A DNA stretch of 64,000 nt, from positions 6,787 through 70,786 of the forward strand of contig JAPOQU010000076.1 in assembly GCA_026710545.1 (NCBI GenBank). Direction: 5' to 3'. Shown here piece by piece: positions 49,832 to 59,511 of the stretch. This DNA comes from Gammaproteobacteria bacterium (GTDB lineage Bacteria; Pseudomonadota; Gammaproteobacteria; Eutrophobiales; Eutrophobiaceae). Numbering within the stretch: the first letter of the stretch is position 1; each line of letters opens with the position of its first letter. A model generated the notes under the pieces. The model was not told where the DNA came from. It did no database searches and worked only from the letters and a program-made list of their open reading frames with translations. A program made the translations under genes and the position numbers.

Positions 49832-51175
49832 TTATTTCAGACCCAGCTTGTTTTCCAGGTAGTGGATATCCGTGCCTCCGGCAATAAACGCGGCGTCATC
49901 CAGCAACCTCTGCAACACAGGAATGTTGGTTTTAATTCCCTCTATGACAAGCTCGGACAACGCCGTGGACATCCGCGCCAGGGCCAGTTCACGGGTTTCG
50001 CCATGCGCTATCAGCTTTGCGATCATCGAGTCGTAGTGCGGCGGTATGCGATAGCCGTCGTAGATATGCGTCTCCATGCGAATTCCCGGTCCGCCGGGCT
50101 GGTGGAACCGGTTGATCTGTCCGGGCGACGGCATGAACGTATCCGGGTCTTCCGCCTGGATGCGGCATTCGAGCGCGTGGCCGCGAAACCGGACATCTTG
50201 CTGCCGGTAACTCAGTGCCTCGCCGGCTGCAACACGCAGTTGTTCCTTAACGATATCCACGCCGGTCACCATTTCGGTGACAGGATGTTCCACCTGTATC
50301 CGGGTATTCATTTCGATGAAGTAAAATTCTCCGTCCTCGTAGAGGAATTCCACCGTGCCGGCGCCGCGATACCCCATCGCCTTGCAGGCGCGAACACAGG
50401 TATCACCGATTTTCTTTCTCATGTCTTCCGTAATTCCCGGGGCCGGTGCCTCCTCCATGACTTTCTGGTGCCGTCTCTGCATGGAACAGTCCCGCTCCCC
50501 GAGATGTATCACATTACCTGATTCGTCAGCCAGGATTTGTAACTCGATATGGCGCGGGTGCTCAAGAAACTTTTCCATGTACAAGGTGTCATCACCAAAC
50601 GCGGCGGCCGCTTCGGCCCGGGTCACCGCAATCGCGTTGCGCATATTTGCCTCACTGCGCACCACCCGCATTCCCCGGCCCCCGCCGCCTGCTGCAGCCT
50701 TGATGATCACCGGGTAACCCAGTTCCCTGGCAAACCTGCCGATTTCGTCGATGTCATTACCGACGTCCCCGCTTGAACCGGGGACGCAGGGAACGCCGAA
50801 CTTTTGCATCTCTTCCCGCGCCGATATCTTGCTTCCCATCAAACGGATGGTATCCGCACGCGGCCCTATGAAGATAAAACCGCTTTCCTCAACCCGTTCG
50901 GCAAAATCGGCATTCTCTGCCAGGAATCCGTAACCCGGGTGAATCGCAACGGCATCGGTGACCTCGGCTGCGCTGATTACAGCCGGAATATTCAGGTAAC
51001 TGCCGGTGGACACGGCCGGGCCGATACAGACTGCCTCATCCGCCAGCAGCACATGCTTCTGTTCCCGGTCCACTTCAGAGAAAACCGCTACGGTCTTGAT
51101 GCCAAGCTCGCGGCAGGATCGCAGAATGCGCAGGGCAATCTCGCCCCGGTTGGCAATGACCACTTTCTCAAGCAT
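49832..51175 (-). CDS. accC: Acetyl-CoA carboxylase biotin carboxylase subunit
   Basis: [19 protein letters not shown]...[10 protein letters not shown]...[14 protein letters not shown]. Confidence 0.95.
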   Translation of the reverse strand: MLEKVVIANRGEIALRILRSCRELGIKTVAVFSEVDREQKHVLLADEAVCIGPAVSTGSYLNIPAVISAAEVTDAVAIHPGYGFLAENADFAERVEESGFIFIGPRADTIRLMGSKISAREEMQKFGVPCVPGSSGDVGNDIDEIGRFARELGYPVIIKAAAGGGGRGMRVVRSEANMRNAIAVTRAEAAAAFGDDTLYMEKFLEHPRHIELQILADESGNVIHLGERDCSMQRRHQKVMEEAPAPGITEDMRKKIGDTCVRACKAMGYRGAGTVEFLYEDGEFYFIEMNTRIQVEHPVTEMVTGVDIVKEQLRVAAGEALSYRQQDVRFRGHALECRIQAEDPDTFMPSPGQINRFHQPGGPGIRMETHIYDGYRIPPHYDSMIAKLIAHGETRELALARMSTALSELVIEGIKTNIPVLQRLLDDAAFIAGGTDIHYLENKLGLK

Positions 51176-51195
51176 GGTTATTTATGGGGGAATAA

Positions 51196-51219
51196 GGGGA
51201 CAGATTTAAATCTGTCCCC
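51196..51219. repeat. Palindrome GGGGACAGATTTAAATCTGTCCCC inside the accB-accC spacer
   Basis: Read directly. Adjacent at 51228-51250 is the inverted CCACAGAGGACACAGGGATCACGG repeat. Confidence 0.8.
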
Positions 51220-51267
51220 ATCCACTCCGTGATCCCTGTGTCCTCTGTGGCAACACATGTCGTTGTT

Positions 51268-51732
51268 TTACTGGTCGCGGATAATGAACAAGGGTTGTCC
51301 GTACTCCACCGGTTCGCCGTTAGCGCCCATGATGCGACTTACGACACCGGCTCTTTCCGCTTCAACCTGGTTCATGATCTTCATCGCTTCGATAATGCAG
51401 AGCACGTCGCCTTTCTGCACTGTCTGGCCCAATTCGACAAAAGACGGTTTGCCCGGCGACTGGGCTTCGTAGAAAATCCCCACCATGGGCGAACGCACGA
51501 TATTATCTTCGGGTTCTTCCGCCTCCGCCGGTTCCGGGCCCGGCCCAGTTTCCGTAGCGGGAGCGCCGTGCTGGCCGGCAACCTGTATCTCTCTGGCCGG
51601 CGCAGCGGCAGGCGCGGGCGCGAGCCTGTTGCGGCTGACCCTGACGGAATCCTTGTCTTCGTGAATCTCTATCTCATCGATGGCGGATTCCTCCAGCATC
51701 TCAATCAGTTTCTTGACTTTTCGTATGTCCAT
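51268..51732 (-). CDS. accB: Biotin carboxyl carrier protein
   Basis: The C-terminal CIIEAMKIMNQVEA is the biotinyl-lysine motif. Pro/Ala-rich hinge. Confidence 0.95.
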   Translation of the reverse strand: MDIRKVKKLIEMLEESAIDEIEIHEDKDSVRVSRNRLAPAPAAAPAREIQVAGQHGAPATETGPGPEPAEAEEPEDNIVRSPMVGIFYEAQSPGKPSFVELGQTVQKGDVLCIIEAMKIMNQVEAERAGVVSRIMGANGEPVEYGQPLFIIRDQ

Positions 51733-51737
51733 GCCGC

Positions 51738-52178
51738 TTACCCCTGTAATTTTTCCGCAGCAACCTGCAACGCCAGACGGTAACCCGACGCGCCGGCGCC
51801 GCTGAGTACCGCAACCGCCAGGTCCGACAAGTAGGAATGCCGCCGGAATTCCTCCCTGGCAAACACGTTGGACAAGTGAACTTCAATGAACGGGATGGCG
51901 ACCCCGGACAGGGCATCCCGCAGGGCGATGCTGGTGTGGGTAAATGCCCCGGGGTTGATGATGATGAACCCGACACCTTCTTTTTTTGCCTGGTGGACCC
52001 GTTCAATCATGCTGTGCTCGGCATTGGACTGAAAACAGTCAAGGCCGTGACCCAGCCTTTCTGCTGCCGCGACCAGGTCCCCGTTGATGTCATCGAGGGT
52101 GGCCGTCCCGTAAATTTCCGGTTCCCGTTCTCCGAGCAGGTTCAGGTTGGGCCCGTGCAGTACCAGTATTTTTGCCAT
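51738..52178 (-). CDS. aroQ: Type II 3-dehydroquinate dehydratase
   Basis: [21 protein letters not shown]...[16 protein letters not shown]...EVHLSN. Confidence 0.95.
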   Translation of the reverse strand: MAKILVLHGPNLNLLGEREPEIYGTATLDDINGDLVAAAERLGHGLDCFQSNAEHSMIERVHQAKKEGVGFIIINPGAFTHTSIALRDALSGVAIPFIEVHLSNVFAREEFRRHSYLSDLAVAVLSGAGASGYRLALQVAAEKLQG

Positions 52179-52345
52179 GGGTCTGTCAGCGTTGGATGGA
52201 ATCGTGATATTTCGATGCTATTTGTGGGATTTTAACAGAAAATAGACGAACATGTTGGAATTATTCAGGGTGCCTCTGATTAAATCAAGTTTTGCCTTAG
52301 CCCTGTAGTATACTTAGAAACCTGTAGAACGTTTACCTGCTGATA

Positions 52346-53200
52346 ATGCAAGACGCCGGCCCACCATCCGAACCTGTTTCCGATTTGAATCGGGAGATAT
52401 TAACGAAGTGGATTGGCTGTATGGAAAACTACGGACAAAGTTGGCTCGACGACATCGGCAAGGACTACTTCTCCCAGGAATATTGGTACCTGTTTACGAT
52501 CACGCTGGCTTATCACTGGCGGCAAGCTCCTCTCAGTATAAGCGAAGCATGTGATTCCATGAAGACAGGTTCATCTAAAACCCGGGAAAACCGTCTCAAG
52601 AAGCTCATTGCGGAGCACTTGTTCATCAAAATAAAAAACCAGACCGACTTGCGCCGGACATACCTTGAACCGGCTGCGGAAATGCTGCTGGGCGGACGTA
52701 AACATTTCGGGAACAGCTTGGAACAAGCCATTCAGTTTCTCGCTGATGCACAGCTATTTGCCTCCAATCCCAAGCCCTTGTTCGACAGGATTTTATGTGA
52801 TGGCGGAAACGTGGATAAAAATTTCCTGTTGCCCTGGGCGGAATACCTGATCGATTATACCAATGACTGGAATAATACATTCAGCAAACGCTTTCATACC
52901 GAAGAGTATTGGTACCCATTCGTATATTGCCTGCTCGGTTGCTGGAAAGGACAACCATTGACTATAAGTGAAGTGTGTCAATGTATGCGCATAGGCTCAA
53001 ACAGAACAAAGGAAAAACGACTTTCACTTGCGGTCAGCCGGGGCATGCTGGTCAAACAAAAAAGCAGCGATGACCTGCGAACAACTTATATTCTGACAAG
53101 TAGCGTCCTAGAAGAACTACTGATCAGCCATTTTACCCGGACGCTCAACGACTTTCTGAAATTAACGCAACGGTTGCTTGGGGAGCAGGGGGTGGCTTAG
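52346..53200 (+). CDS. Protein made of two tandem winged-helix-like repeats (candidate regulator)
   Basis: Internal duplication: EYWYLFTITLAYHWRQAPLSISEACDSMKTGSSKTRENRLKKL...DLRRTYL versus EYWYPFVYCLLGCWKGQPLTISEVCQCMRIGSNRTKEKRLSLA...DLRTTYI. The MarR-like reading is inference. Confidence 0.4.
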   Translation: MQDAGPPSEPVSDLNREILTKWIGCMENYGQSWLDDIGKDYFSQEYWYLFTITLAYHWRQAPLSISEACDSMKTGSSKTRENRLKKLIAEHLFIKIKNQTDLRRTYLEPAAEMLLGGRKHFGNSLEQAIQFLADAQLFASNPKPLFDRILCDGGNVDKNFLLPWAEYLIDYTNDWNNTFSKRFHTEEYWYPFVYCLLGCWKGQPLTISEVCQCMRIGSNRTKEKRLSLAVSRGMLVKQKSSDDLRTTYILTSSVLEELLISHFTRTLNDFLKLTQRLLGEQGVA

Positions 53201-53208
53201 CCCTGATC

Positions 53209-54240
53209 TCAGTCTCCTCGAATTGAACTTACAAAATTCAGGAAAGCCCGGTTGAATTCGGCGGGCTTCTCTAAAAAGGGCGTATGTCCCGCATCTTCAA
53301 TAACTTGCTCAATGAATACTCCACCTTTGTTGCCATAGGCTTCCAGAACGGAGCGAATCTGCCTGAGCATGGGTTGCGGAGCATAAGTATCAGTGTCCGG
53401 CCAGTCTGATTCCAAGGGCCTCCAGTTATTGAGCGCGCCCTCATCACAAATGATCATATCATCAGCGCCGCGCAACCAGAGCAACGGGGGTTTGGGCCGG
53501 ATGTCAGCAATATTCGAAGCATCGAAATAGCGCCGGGAAAATGCATTGACGATGCCTCGTTCTCCCGGAGCCAAACCTTGCCAGAAAGATGATTCAACCG
53601 CGTTTCCCGGATACCAGTCATCACCGACGTGAGCAGAAAGTACTGCATCCAGTAATTTATCGATATTGTCAGGAACGAAAGGAGGCTTGAAATACAGCTG
53701 TTCGAGAATATTACGCGGCGACAGGGAATTCTCCTTGCTTCGGTCCCCGCTGGCTAAACGCCGGATAAATTCAGCATCGACATACCCTGCTCCACCGGGA
53801 GAGCCATCGGAATAACAAGGCGTTCCCTGTTCATCGACAGAGCCGTCATAACCATAGGGCGATATAGTGTTGGCCAAGGTCACACTGCCGATAATTTCCG
53901 GCCGTAGCAGCATCATCTTCATAGCCACTCCGCCGCCCATGCTATGTCCTGCCAGATGAAAACGCGTAACATCCAAGCGCTCGACCAAGGCAAGCATATC
54001 TTGCGCCATGTCGTTAAGCCCCAGAGTTGCATCCACCTTTAATGGTTCGGTTTTTCCAAACCCGCGAAGATCCGGAGCGATACAGAAGTATTCATCCGCT
54101 AATGCCATCATAGTCGGTTCCCAGAAAACGGAAGACGACAGGTTGCCATGAATAAACAGGATAGTCTCCGCCCCCGGATTTCCGCAGGACAGGACATTGA
54201 TTTTTATCCGCGCAGTGTCAATGGTCTTGGTAATCGGCAT
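53209..54240 (-). CDS. Alpha/beta-fold hydrolase
   Basis: ILFIHGNLSS and the nucleophile elbow LAGHSMGGGVA, with a late His (DAGHTPFLEKP). Overlaps the ligase stop by 23 nt. Confidence 0.8.
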   Translation of the reverse strand: MPITKTIDTARIKINVLSCGNPGAETILFIHGNLSSSVFWEPTMMALADEYFCIAPDLRGFGKTEPLKVDATLGLNDMAQDMLALVERLDVTRFHLAGHSMGGGVAMKMMLLRPEIIGSVTLANTISPYGYDGSVDEQGTPCYSDGSPGGAGYVDAEFIRRLASGDRSKENSLSPRNILEQLYFKPPFVPDNIDKLLDAVLSAHVGDDWYPGNAVESSFWQGLAPGERGIVNAFSRRYFDASNIADIRPKPPLLWLRGADDMIICDEGALNNWRPLESDWPDTDTYAPQPMLRQIRSVLEAYGNKGGVFIEQVIEDAGHTPFLEKPAEFNRAFLNFVSSIRGD

Positions 54241-55798
54241 TGGCCCGCATCATTTCAAGCTGTAGTCTTAATTCCTCTTTCAGAACCTTACCCGCGGCTG
54301 TCATCGGCAATTCCGGTAGAATATATACCTGCTTGGGGATTTTATATCGCGCCAACCGCTGTCTGAGATAATTCAGCATTCCATCAATGTCGAAGTTTTC
54401 TGTATGTTCTTCCGGCACCAGCGCCAAGTGACCCGCCTCCCCCCATTGATTATCAGGAAGGCCAACTACGGCACAGTAGCGTACACCTTCATAACTCAGC
54501 GCAACCTCCTCAATTTCGTACGGATAGACGTTCTCACCCCCACTGATAAACATATCTTTCTTCCGCCCCACAATATAATAAAATCCTTCCTTATCATGGC
54601 GTGCAATATCACCCGTATGAAACCAGCCATCCTCATCAACTGCTTCGAGTTTCTGTCCGCCAGGAGTGAAATAGCCGCTACAGCAGGAGGGGCCTTTCAA
54701 GAATAATTCGCCTTCCTGGTTTTCCCGGTGCTCCTGACCTTCATTGTCGATGCGGGACTGGACGAAAAAATTCGGCCTGCCTATTGAGCCTGCTTTGCGT
54801 TGCGCATCCTGGGGAGACAAGGCAAACACTCCCGGTCCGAATTCCGTCATACCGAAACCCTGTTTAAAACAGATTCCTTTCTCCTGTTCATAACGCCTGA
54901 TCAAATCCAGGGGCAGGGCAGCCCCTCCCGAAGTGCAAAACCGTAAGTTATCCAGCTCTGCGGCCTCCCAATCAGCGCATTCTGAAAGCAGGCGGTAAAT
55001 CGTCGGCACGGACAAAAATACGGTTATCTTTTCCTCTTCGAGCTTTTTCAACGTCACGCCCGCATCGAAATTCCTTAATAAAACCGTTGTCCCGCCCAGG
55101 ATAAACAGCGGTACCGTATAAACCAGGAGTCCACCGGTATGAAACAGGGGTAACACATTCAAAAACCTGTCATCCTCCTTGATGTCGTGGATTGCGGTGT
55201 TCAGTGTATTCCAGGCAATGTTTTCATGGCTGATGCACACTGCTTTCGGGCGCCCTGTCGTGCCGCCGGTGAATAAGATGACGGCAGTATCCCGTGGGTG
55301 GGTGTCTGCAGGAGGAGAGAATGACGCGCGTTCACGAGACCCGGTGATGATCGAGTAATACTCGCATCCTCCGCTCTCGCCAATGGTGATAACCTGCATC
55401 TTGTGAGATCCTCTTACAGGTCCTGCCGCCTTATCGAGCAAGTCTTTGAATCTCTCTTGTACGACTATTGTTTTCGGAGTAGTGATTTGAAGAAAGTACT
55501 GCAACTCATTGACGCTGGAGCGCCAGTTAAGAGGAACATGAATAGCGCCGACCTTCCAACTGGCGAAACAACATTCCAACTGCTCTATACCATTATCCGC
55601 CAGTATCGCAACCCTGTCTCCCGGGCTGACGCCTGCGTCAAATAATGAGCTTGCAAGTTTACTCGCTCTGAGATCAAAATCCTTGAAGCTGTACTCACAA
55701 CGCTTATCTTTCCTGAAGTCGACGAACGCAGTTCGATTGGGCGAATAGATCGCCCGACGCGCGACAAGGTCAGTCAGGTTTGCGCCGAAAATTTCCAC
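54218..55798 (-). CDS. Adenylate-forming (AMP-binding) acyl-CoA ligase family enzyme
   Basis: ILFTGGTTGRPKAV (P-loop-like A3), GFGMTE, WFHTGDIA and ISGGENVYP motifs. Confidence 0.85.
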   Translation of the reverse strand: MEIFGANLTDLVARRAIYSPNRTAFVDFRKDKRCEYSFKDFDLRASKLASSLFDAGVSPGDRVAILADNGIEQLECCFASWKVGAIHVPLNWRSSVNELQYFLQITTPKTIVVQERFKDLLDKAAGPVRGSHKMQVITIGESGGCEYYSIITGSRERASFSPPADTHPRDTAVILFTGGTTGRPKAVCISHENIAWNTLNTAIHDIKEDDRFLNVLPLFHTGGLLVYTVPLFILGGTTVLLRNFDAGVTLKKLEEEKITVFLSVPTIYRLLSECADWEAAELDNLRFCTSGGAALPLDLIRRYEQEKGICFKQGFGMTEFGPGVFALSPQDAQRKAGSIGRPNFFVQSRIDNEGQEHRENQEGELFLKGPSCCSGYFTPGGQKLEAVDEDGWFHTGDIARHDKEGFYYIVGRKKDMFISGGENVYPYEIEEVALSYEGVRYCAVVGLPDNQWGEAGHLALVPEEHTENFDIDGMLNYLRQRLARYKIPKQVYILPELPMTAAGKVLKEELRLQLEMMRANADYQDH

Positions 55799-55827
55799 GG
55801 GTATTCCTTACAATAAAGAAAACGTAA

Positions 55828-56820
55828 TTACAACCATCGCCACAATGATGAAGCCATAGTTATACCGCCACCACTGGCTGTAAACAGCAGCAACTCTCCT
55901 GATTCGGGTCCGAGACCCAACTCTACGGCATCATCCAGAGTCATAGGCAGACAAGCTGAACCCGTGTAACCGTATTTGTCCATAATACAGTGAGCCTTGG
56001 CAAGCGGTTGCTCCAGATCTCCCATCACGGCTTGGATAGTATGCAAGTTCAATTGTGTGAAATAAAAATGGTTGACCTGTGCCAGGGAAACGCCAGCCTG
56101 TTCACAAGCATTTTTCATCACTACCGGCCAATTTTCACGATTAAACCCACTGGGGATCTTCTTCATAAACTTCACAGACGGCGGGCCAAAGCGTTGTATA
56201 TTTTCCAAAGTCGCGGGACAAGCCGCCCCACCCGTGAAAATTCCCAATGCATCATAATCCTCATTGAATGACCTGAAACTCGAACCCAGCCAGTGCTGTT
56301 TGTCAGACCTGGTTAAGATAACGACACCCGCGCCGTCTCCAAACAGGGTCGCCGTATATTTATCCTGCATATCCAGGAACCTGGACATGGCATAGGCGCC
56401 GGCTACCACAATATACCGGATAGCAGGATCAGTCATAATACGACGCGCGGCAAGGTCCAGGGCATTGACCCAGCCGGAGCATGCACTATTTACGTCAAAC
56501 CCCGGCGTATCTTTAACCCCGAGTTTAGAGAGAACAGCGGATGCCGTTGCCGGTGAGAACCAATCAGGGGTGTCCGTTGAGCAAATCAACAGGTCAATCT
56601 CTTTCGCAGCAATCCCGACCCGGTTTAATGCAACTCTTACCGCTTCAACCACCAGGTCTGACGTCGTCTGATCTTCATCAAGAAAATAACGCTGTTTGAT
56701 ACCAACGTTTTGCTGCAACCACTTATCAACCGGTTCACCAAGCGCGCATTCTATCTCTCGATTAGTAACCAGTCGGTCGGGAACATACTTTCCCGTAGCA
56801 ATGATGCAAGGGAAGACCAC
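55828..56820 (-). CDS. KAS III (FabH)-like enzyme retaining only the catalytic Cys
   Basis: Collinear with E. coli FabH along its full length. DVNSACSG keeps Cys112. FabH PHQAN aligns to FTQLN (His to Thr) and GNTSAAS to GYTGSAC (Asn to Tyr). Confidence 0.75.
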   Translation of the reverse strand: MVFPCIIATGKYVPDRLVTNREIECALGEPVDKWLQQNVGIKQRYFLDEDQTTSDLVVEAVRVALNRVGIAAKEIDLLICSTDTPDWFSPATASAVLSKLGVKDTPGFDVNSACSGWVNALDLAARRIMTDPAIRYIVVAGAYAMSRFLDMQDKYTATLFGDGAGVVILTRSDKQHWLGSSFRSFNEDYDALGIFTGGAACPATLENIQRFGPPSVKFMKKIPSGFNRENWPVVMKNACEQAGVSLAQVNHFYFTQLNLHTIQAVMGDLEQPLAKAHCIMDKYGYTGSACLPMTLDDAVELGLGPESGELLLFTASGGGITMASSLWRWL

Positions 56821-56854
56821 GGGTCAACTCTGCGTTTTACAGGGCGGTCCTGCT

Positions 56855-59125
56855 TCAGAAGAACCGATAACGTACCTGGAACCTGTAGGTCAGGGGTTGT
56901 CCGTAATACGCAAGACCGATACCGGGAAATGCTGTCAGGTTGAAACCATGGGTAATGTATTCCTCATCCGTCAGGTTTTTGACGCCAAATGATACATTCC
57001 ACTTGCCATTTTCATCCTCCAGACCGACCGAAGCATTGATCAAGCTGAAATCATCCTGCCGCAACGCCGACAGGTTGTTAATATCCACGTAGTAATCCGA
57101 TCGGTAACTGATATCAGCGCCTAATACCAACTGCGCGAAACCCATAGAATGACGGTACTGGAACCCCAGGTTTCCGGTCACTTCAGGAGAATTGATCGGG
57201 GTCAGAGCATTACTTACATCCTGGTTGGCGCTATTGATAAACTCCTCGTATTCCGCATCCAAGTAACCGACACTGAGGCTTACCAGAAAATTCGGTACAG
57301 GGTTGGCAAGTAATTCGGCCTCCAAACCCCAGTTTTCTGCCTTGCCGGCGTTCGTGAATACGGTAGCAAACCCACCGGTCGGGGTTGCCGAAAAGCTGCT
57401 TAGCTGCAAGTCCTGGTAATCATTGTAAAACGCAGCAGCGCTCAGGCGCAGTTTCCCATCCGCAAGACCGGATTTCCAGCCGAGTTCATACGTATCCGCA
57501 ATTTCGGGGTCATAAGGCAACGCCTGAGTATTGACTGCGCCATCGTCGCTGGCGCCGTTGTAACCGATACGGCCGTCAAACCCGCCGCTCTTGAAACCGC
57601 GTGCATAAGTAAAATAGGCCAGACCTGCCTCGCCCAACCTGTAGCTGACCCCGACTTTAGGAGTGAACTTGCTGAAATTCTCATCCAGGTCAAGATTAAG
57701 GGCAAATGGATTTGAGGAGTTCGCCGGTGGGTTGCAATCACCTATGGCCGGCAAGACCATCCCAAAGGCCGCTAGGGCCTGGCATGCCTTGCGTTCCAGG
57801 TCTTTCGACTCATGAGTGTAGCGCGCCCCGACGGTGAACTCCAGGGCAGGGGTGATAAACCAGGATACCTCGCCAAAAACAGCAACCGCCTCCACTGACT
57901 GATCGTTTTCGCTGACTGTACCGTAAGGTGAATAAAACAACCCTGCCCCACCGGTGAAATCGATTGGCTCCGTATTGCTGATTCCATCCGGCGTTACATC
58001 ATCCTCCGAAAAATAATAGACACCGGCCAATGCCTTGACAGCGCCTCCCGCATCATAAGACAACTGTAATTCTTCGCTGAACTGTTCTTGGTCCTGATCA
58101 ACAAAGACTCCAAAAATTTCAAATCCGGTGCCGTCAAGATCGATATTTGTTTTATGTTCAAGTTGCCTGAACGAAGTAATGGACTTTAACCCGATGGCAT
58201 CCGAAACCTGGTAATCCACGGTAAGACCGATCCCTTCAACCTCCAGTCGCTCCACGTCGTTGAAATTTGCTTCGACCCCGAAGGGGTCATCGGTGCGCTG
58301 AAAGCCCGCCGTATTTTGAACCAATGTCGGTCCGCCGGTCACCCTGGCCGGGGTTATGGAACGATCAGGGTCGTTTACAGAACGGTCAAGTGTGAGGTTA
58401 AAACTCAGGTCTTCGTGTGGGGAATACCGGAGGTGCAGACGCCCTGCGAAAGTTTCTTTATCACCGTCGGTATCATCCCCGGCCCCGGTGAAGACATTAT
58501 CGTTGTAACCGTCGTGGGCAACGTACGCAAGAGAAAGGCGCGCCAGCAGGTTTCTGTCATCGCTGAGCGGGCCGCTCCAGGTCGCTTTCAACATATACTC
58601 ATTGTAATTACCAATTGATGCTTCCGCCTCAAGGAAAGGGGTACCCGTCGGCCCTGCAGAGACATATTTTATCGCCCCTCCGATCGTGTTTCGTCCGTAC
58701 AAAGTGCCCTGCGGTCCTCGTAGAACCTCGATCCGCTCAACGTCTATCACGTCCAGAAACGAGCCCTGTGCCCGACCCATATATACATCGTCAAGGTATA
58801 CCCCTACACCCGGGTCGGCAAAGGACAAGGAATCTCTCTGTCCTACTCCGCGGATATAAATCACTGCATTGGCGGCATCACCCATATTCAAGCTCAGGTT
58901 GGGGACAATATTCTGGATATCACCCAGGTCATCAACCTGAAAACGGGCCAGGTCGGACGTGGAAATGGCGCTGACGGAAAGGGGCGTATCCATAAGACTC
59001 TCTTCCCGCTTGCGTGCCGTTACGACCACCTCTTCAATCAATCCGTCCGCCGCCACTTCTGATGTAGCAGGCAGTGATAAAAAACTAACGGACAAGAGGA
59101 AACCCAATACTTTTTTCATGCTCAT
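56855..59125 (-). CDS. TonB-dependent receptor
   Basis: Signal peptide, a TonB-box-like IEEVVVTA, plug motifs (RIEVLRGPQGTLYGRNTIGGAI) and a terminal ...RYRFF. Confidence 0.9.
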   Translation of the reverse strand: MSMKKVLGFLLSVSFLSLPATSEVAADGLIEEVVVTARKREESLMDTPLSVSAISTSDLARFQVDDLGDIQNIVPNLSLNMGDAANAVIYIRGVGQRDSLSFADPGVGVYLDDVYMGRAQGSFLDVIDVERIEVLRGPQGTLYGRNTIGGAIKYVSAGPTGTPFLEAEASIGNYNEYMLKATWSGPLSDDRNLLARLSLAYVAHDGYNDNVFTGAGDDTDGDKETFAGRLHLRYSPHEDLSFNLTLDRSVNDPDRSITPARVTGGPTLVQNTAGFQRTDDPFGVEANFNDVERLEVEGIGLTVDYQVSDAIGLKSITSFRQLEHKTNIDLDGTGFEIFGVFVDQDQEQFSEELQLSYDAGGAVKALAGVYYFSEDDVTPDGISNTEPIDFTGGAGLFYSPYGTVSENDQSVEAVAVFGEVSWFITPALEFTVGARYTHESKDLERKACQALAAFGMVLPAIGDCNPPANSSNPFALNLDLDENFSKFTPKVGVSYRLGEAGLAYFTYARGFKSGGFDGRIGYNGASDDGAVNTQALPYDPEIADTYELGWKSGLADGKLRLSAAAFYNDYQDLQLSSFSATPTGGFATVFTNAGKAENWGLEAELLANPVPNFLVSLSVGYLDAEYEEFINSANQDVSNALTPINSPEVTGNLGFQYRHSMGFAQLVLGADISYRSDYYVDINNLSALRQDDFSLINASVGLEDENGKWNVSFGVKNLTDEEYITHGFNLTAFPGIGLAYYGQPLTYRFQVRYRFF

Positions 59126-59511
59126 TCCCCACTGGTAAAATGATCGACCATAGCCTTAACGAACGATTTACTTATATTACTTTGCATCAACTCCGGTAAT
59201 TCCCTCTGCCAGAAAACATCTACTCAAAATATCGAAATGCTAAATTAACCTTTCTAACTTCCTCCAAAAGATTCTAGGCAGCAATCCAGCCTTATCAATA
59301 GAAAATATTTCACGTAAAAACTACGGAAATTATTTTGTCTATCAGTGGATTAAAAGGTGCGCTTGTATAGAAGGATGGCTTGTCCCAAGAGCTTATTTCA
59401 GGACTTGCAAAAATACGTGATCCGGCTGTTTACAGCGTTAAATGTTAAAAGATATGACGGTAAAACAGCCTTTCAGAGACCCCTCCCTACTTACCCGTCT
59501 CAGAACAGGCT

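Noticed and set aside
53209-56820. Reading the FabH-like / AMP-ligase / alpha-beta hydrolase trio as an oleABC (olefin or beta-lactone) cluster
   Set aside because: OleA keeps the Cys-His-Asn residues, which are lost here. There is no OleD-type reductase. The gene order also differs. I kept only the generic statement that this is an acyl-metabolite cluster.
59126-59511. Fur box or cobalamin riboswitch upstream of the TonB-dependent receptor
   Set aside because: I could find no convincing GATAATGATAATCATTATC-like 19-mer or B12-box (GCCACTG) by eye. No regulatory call is made.
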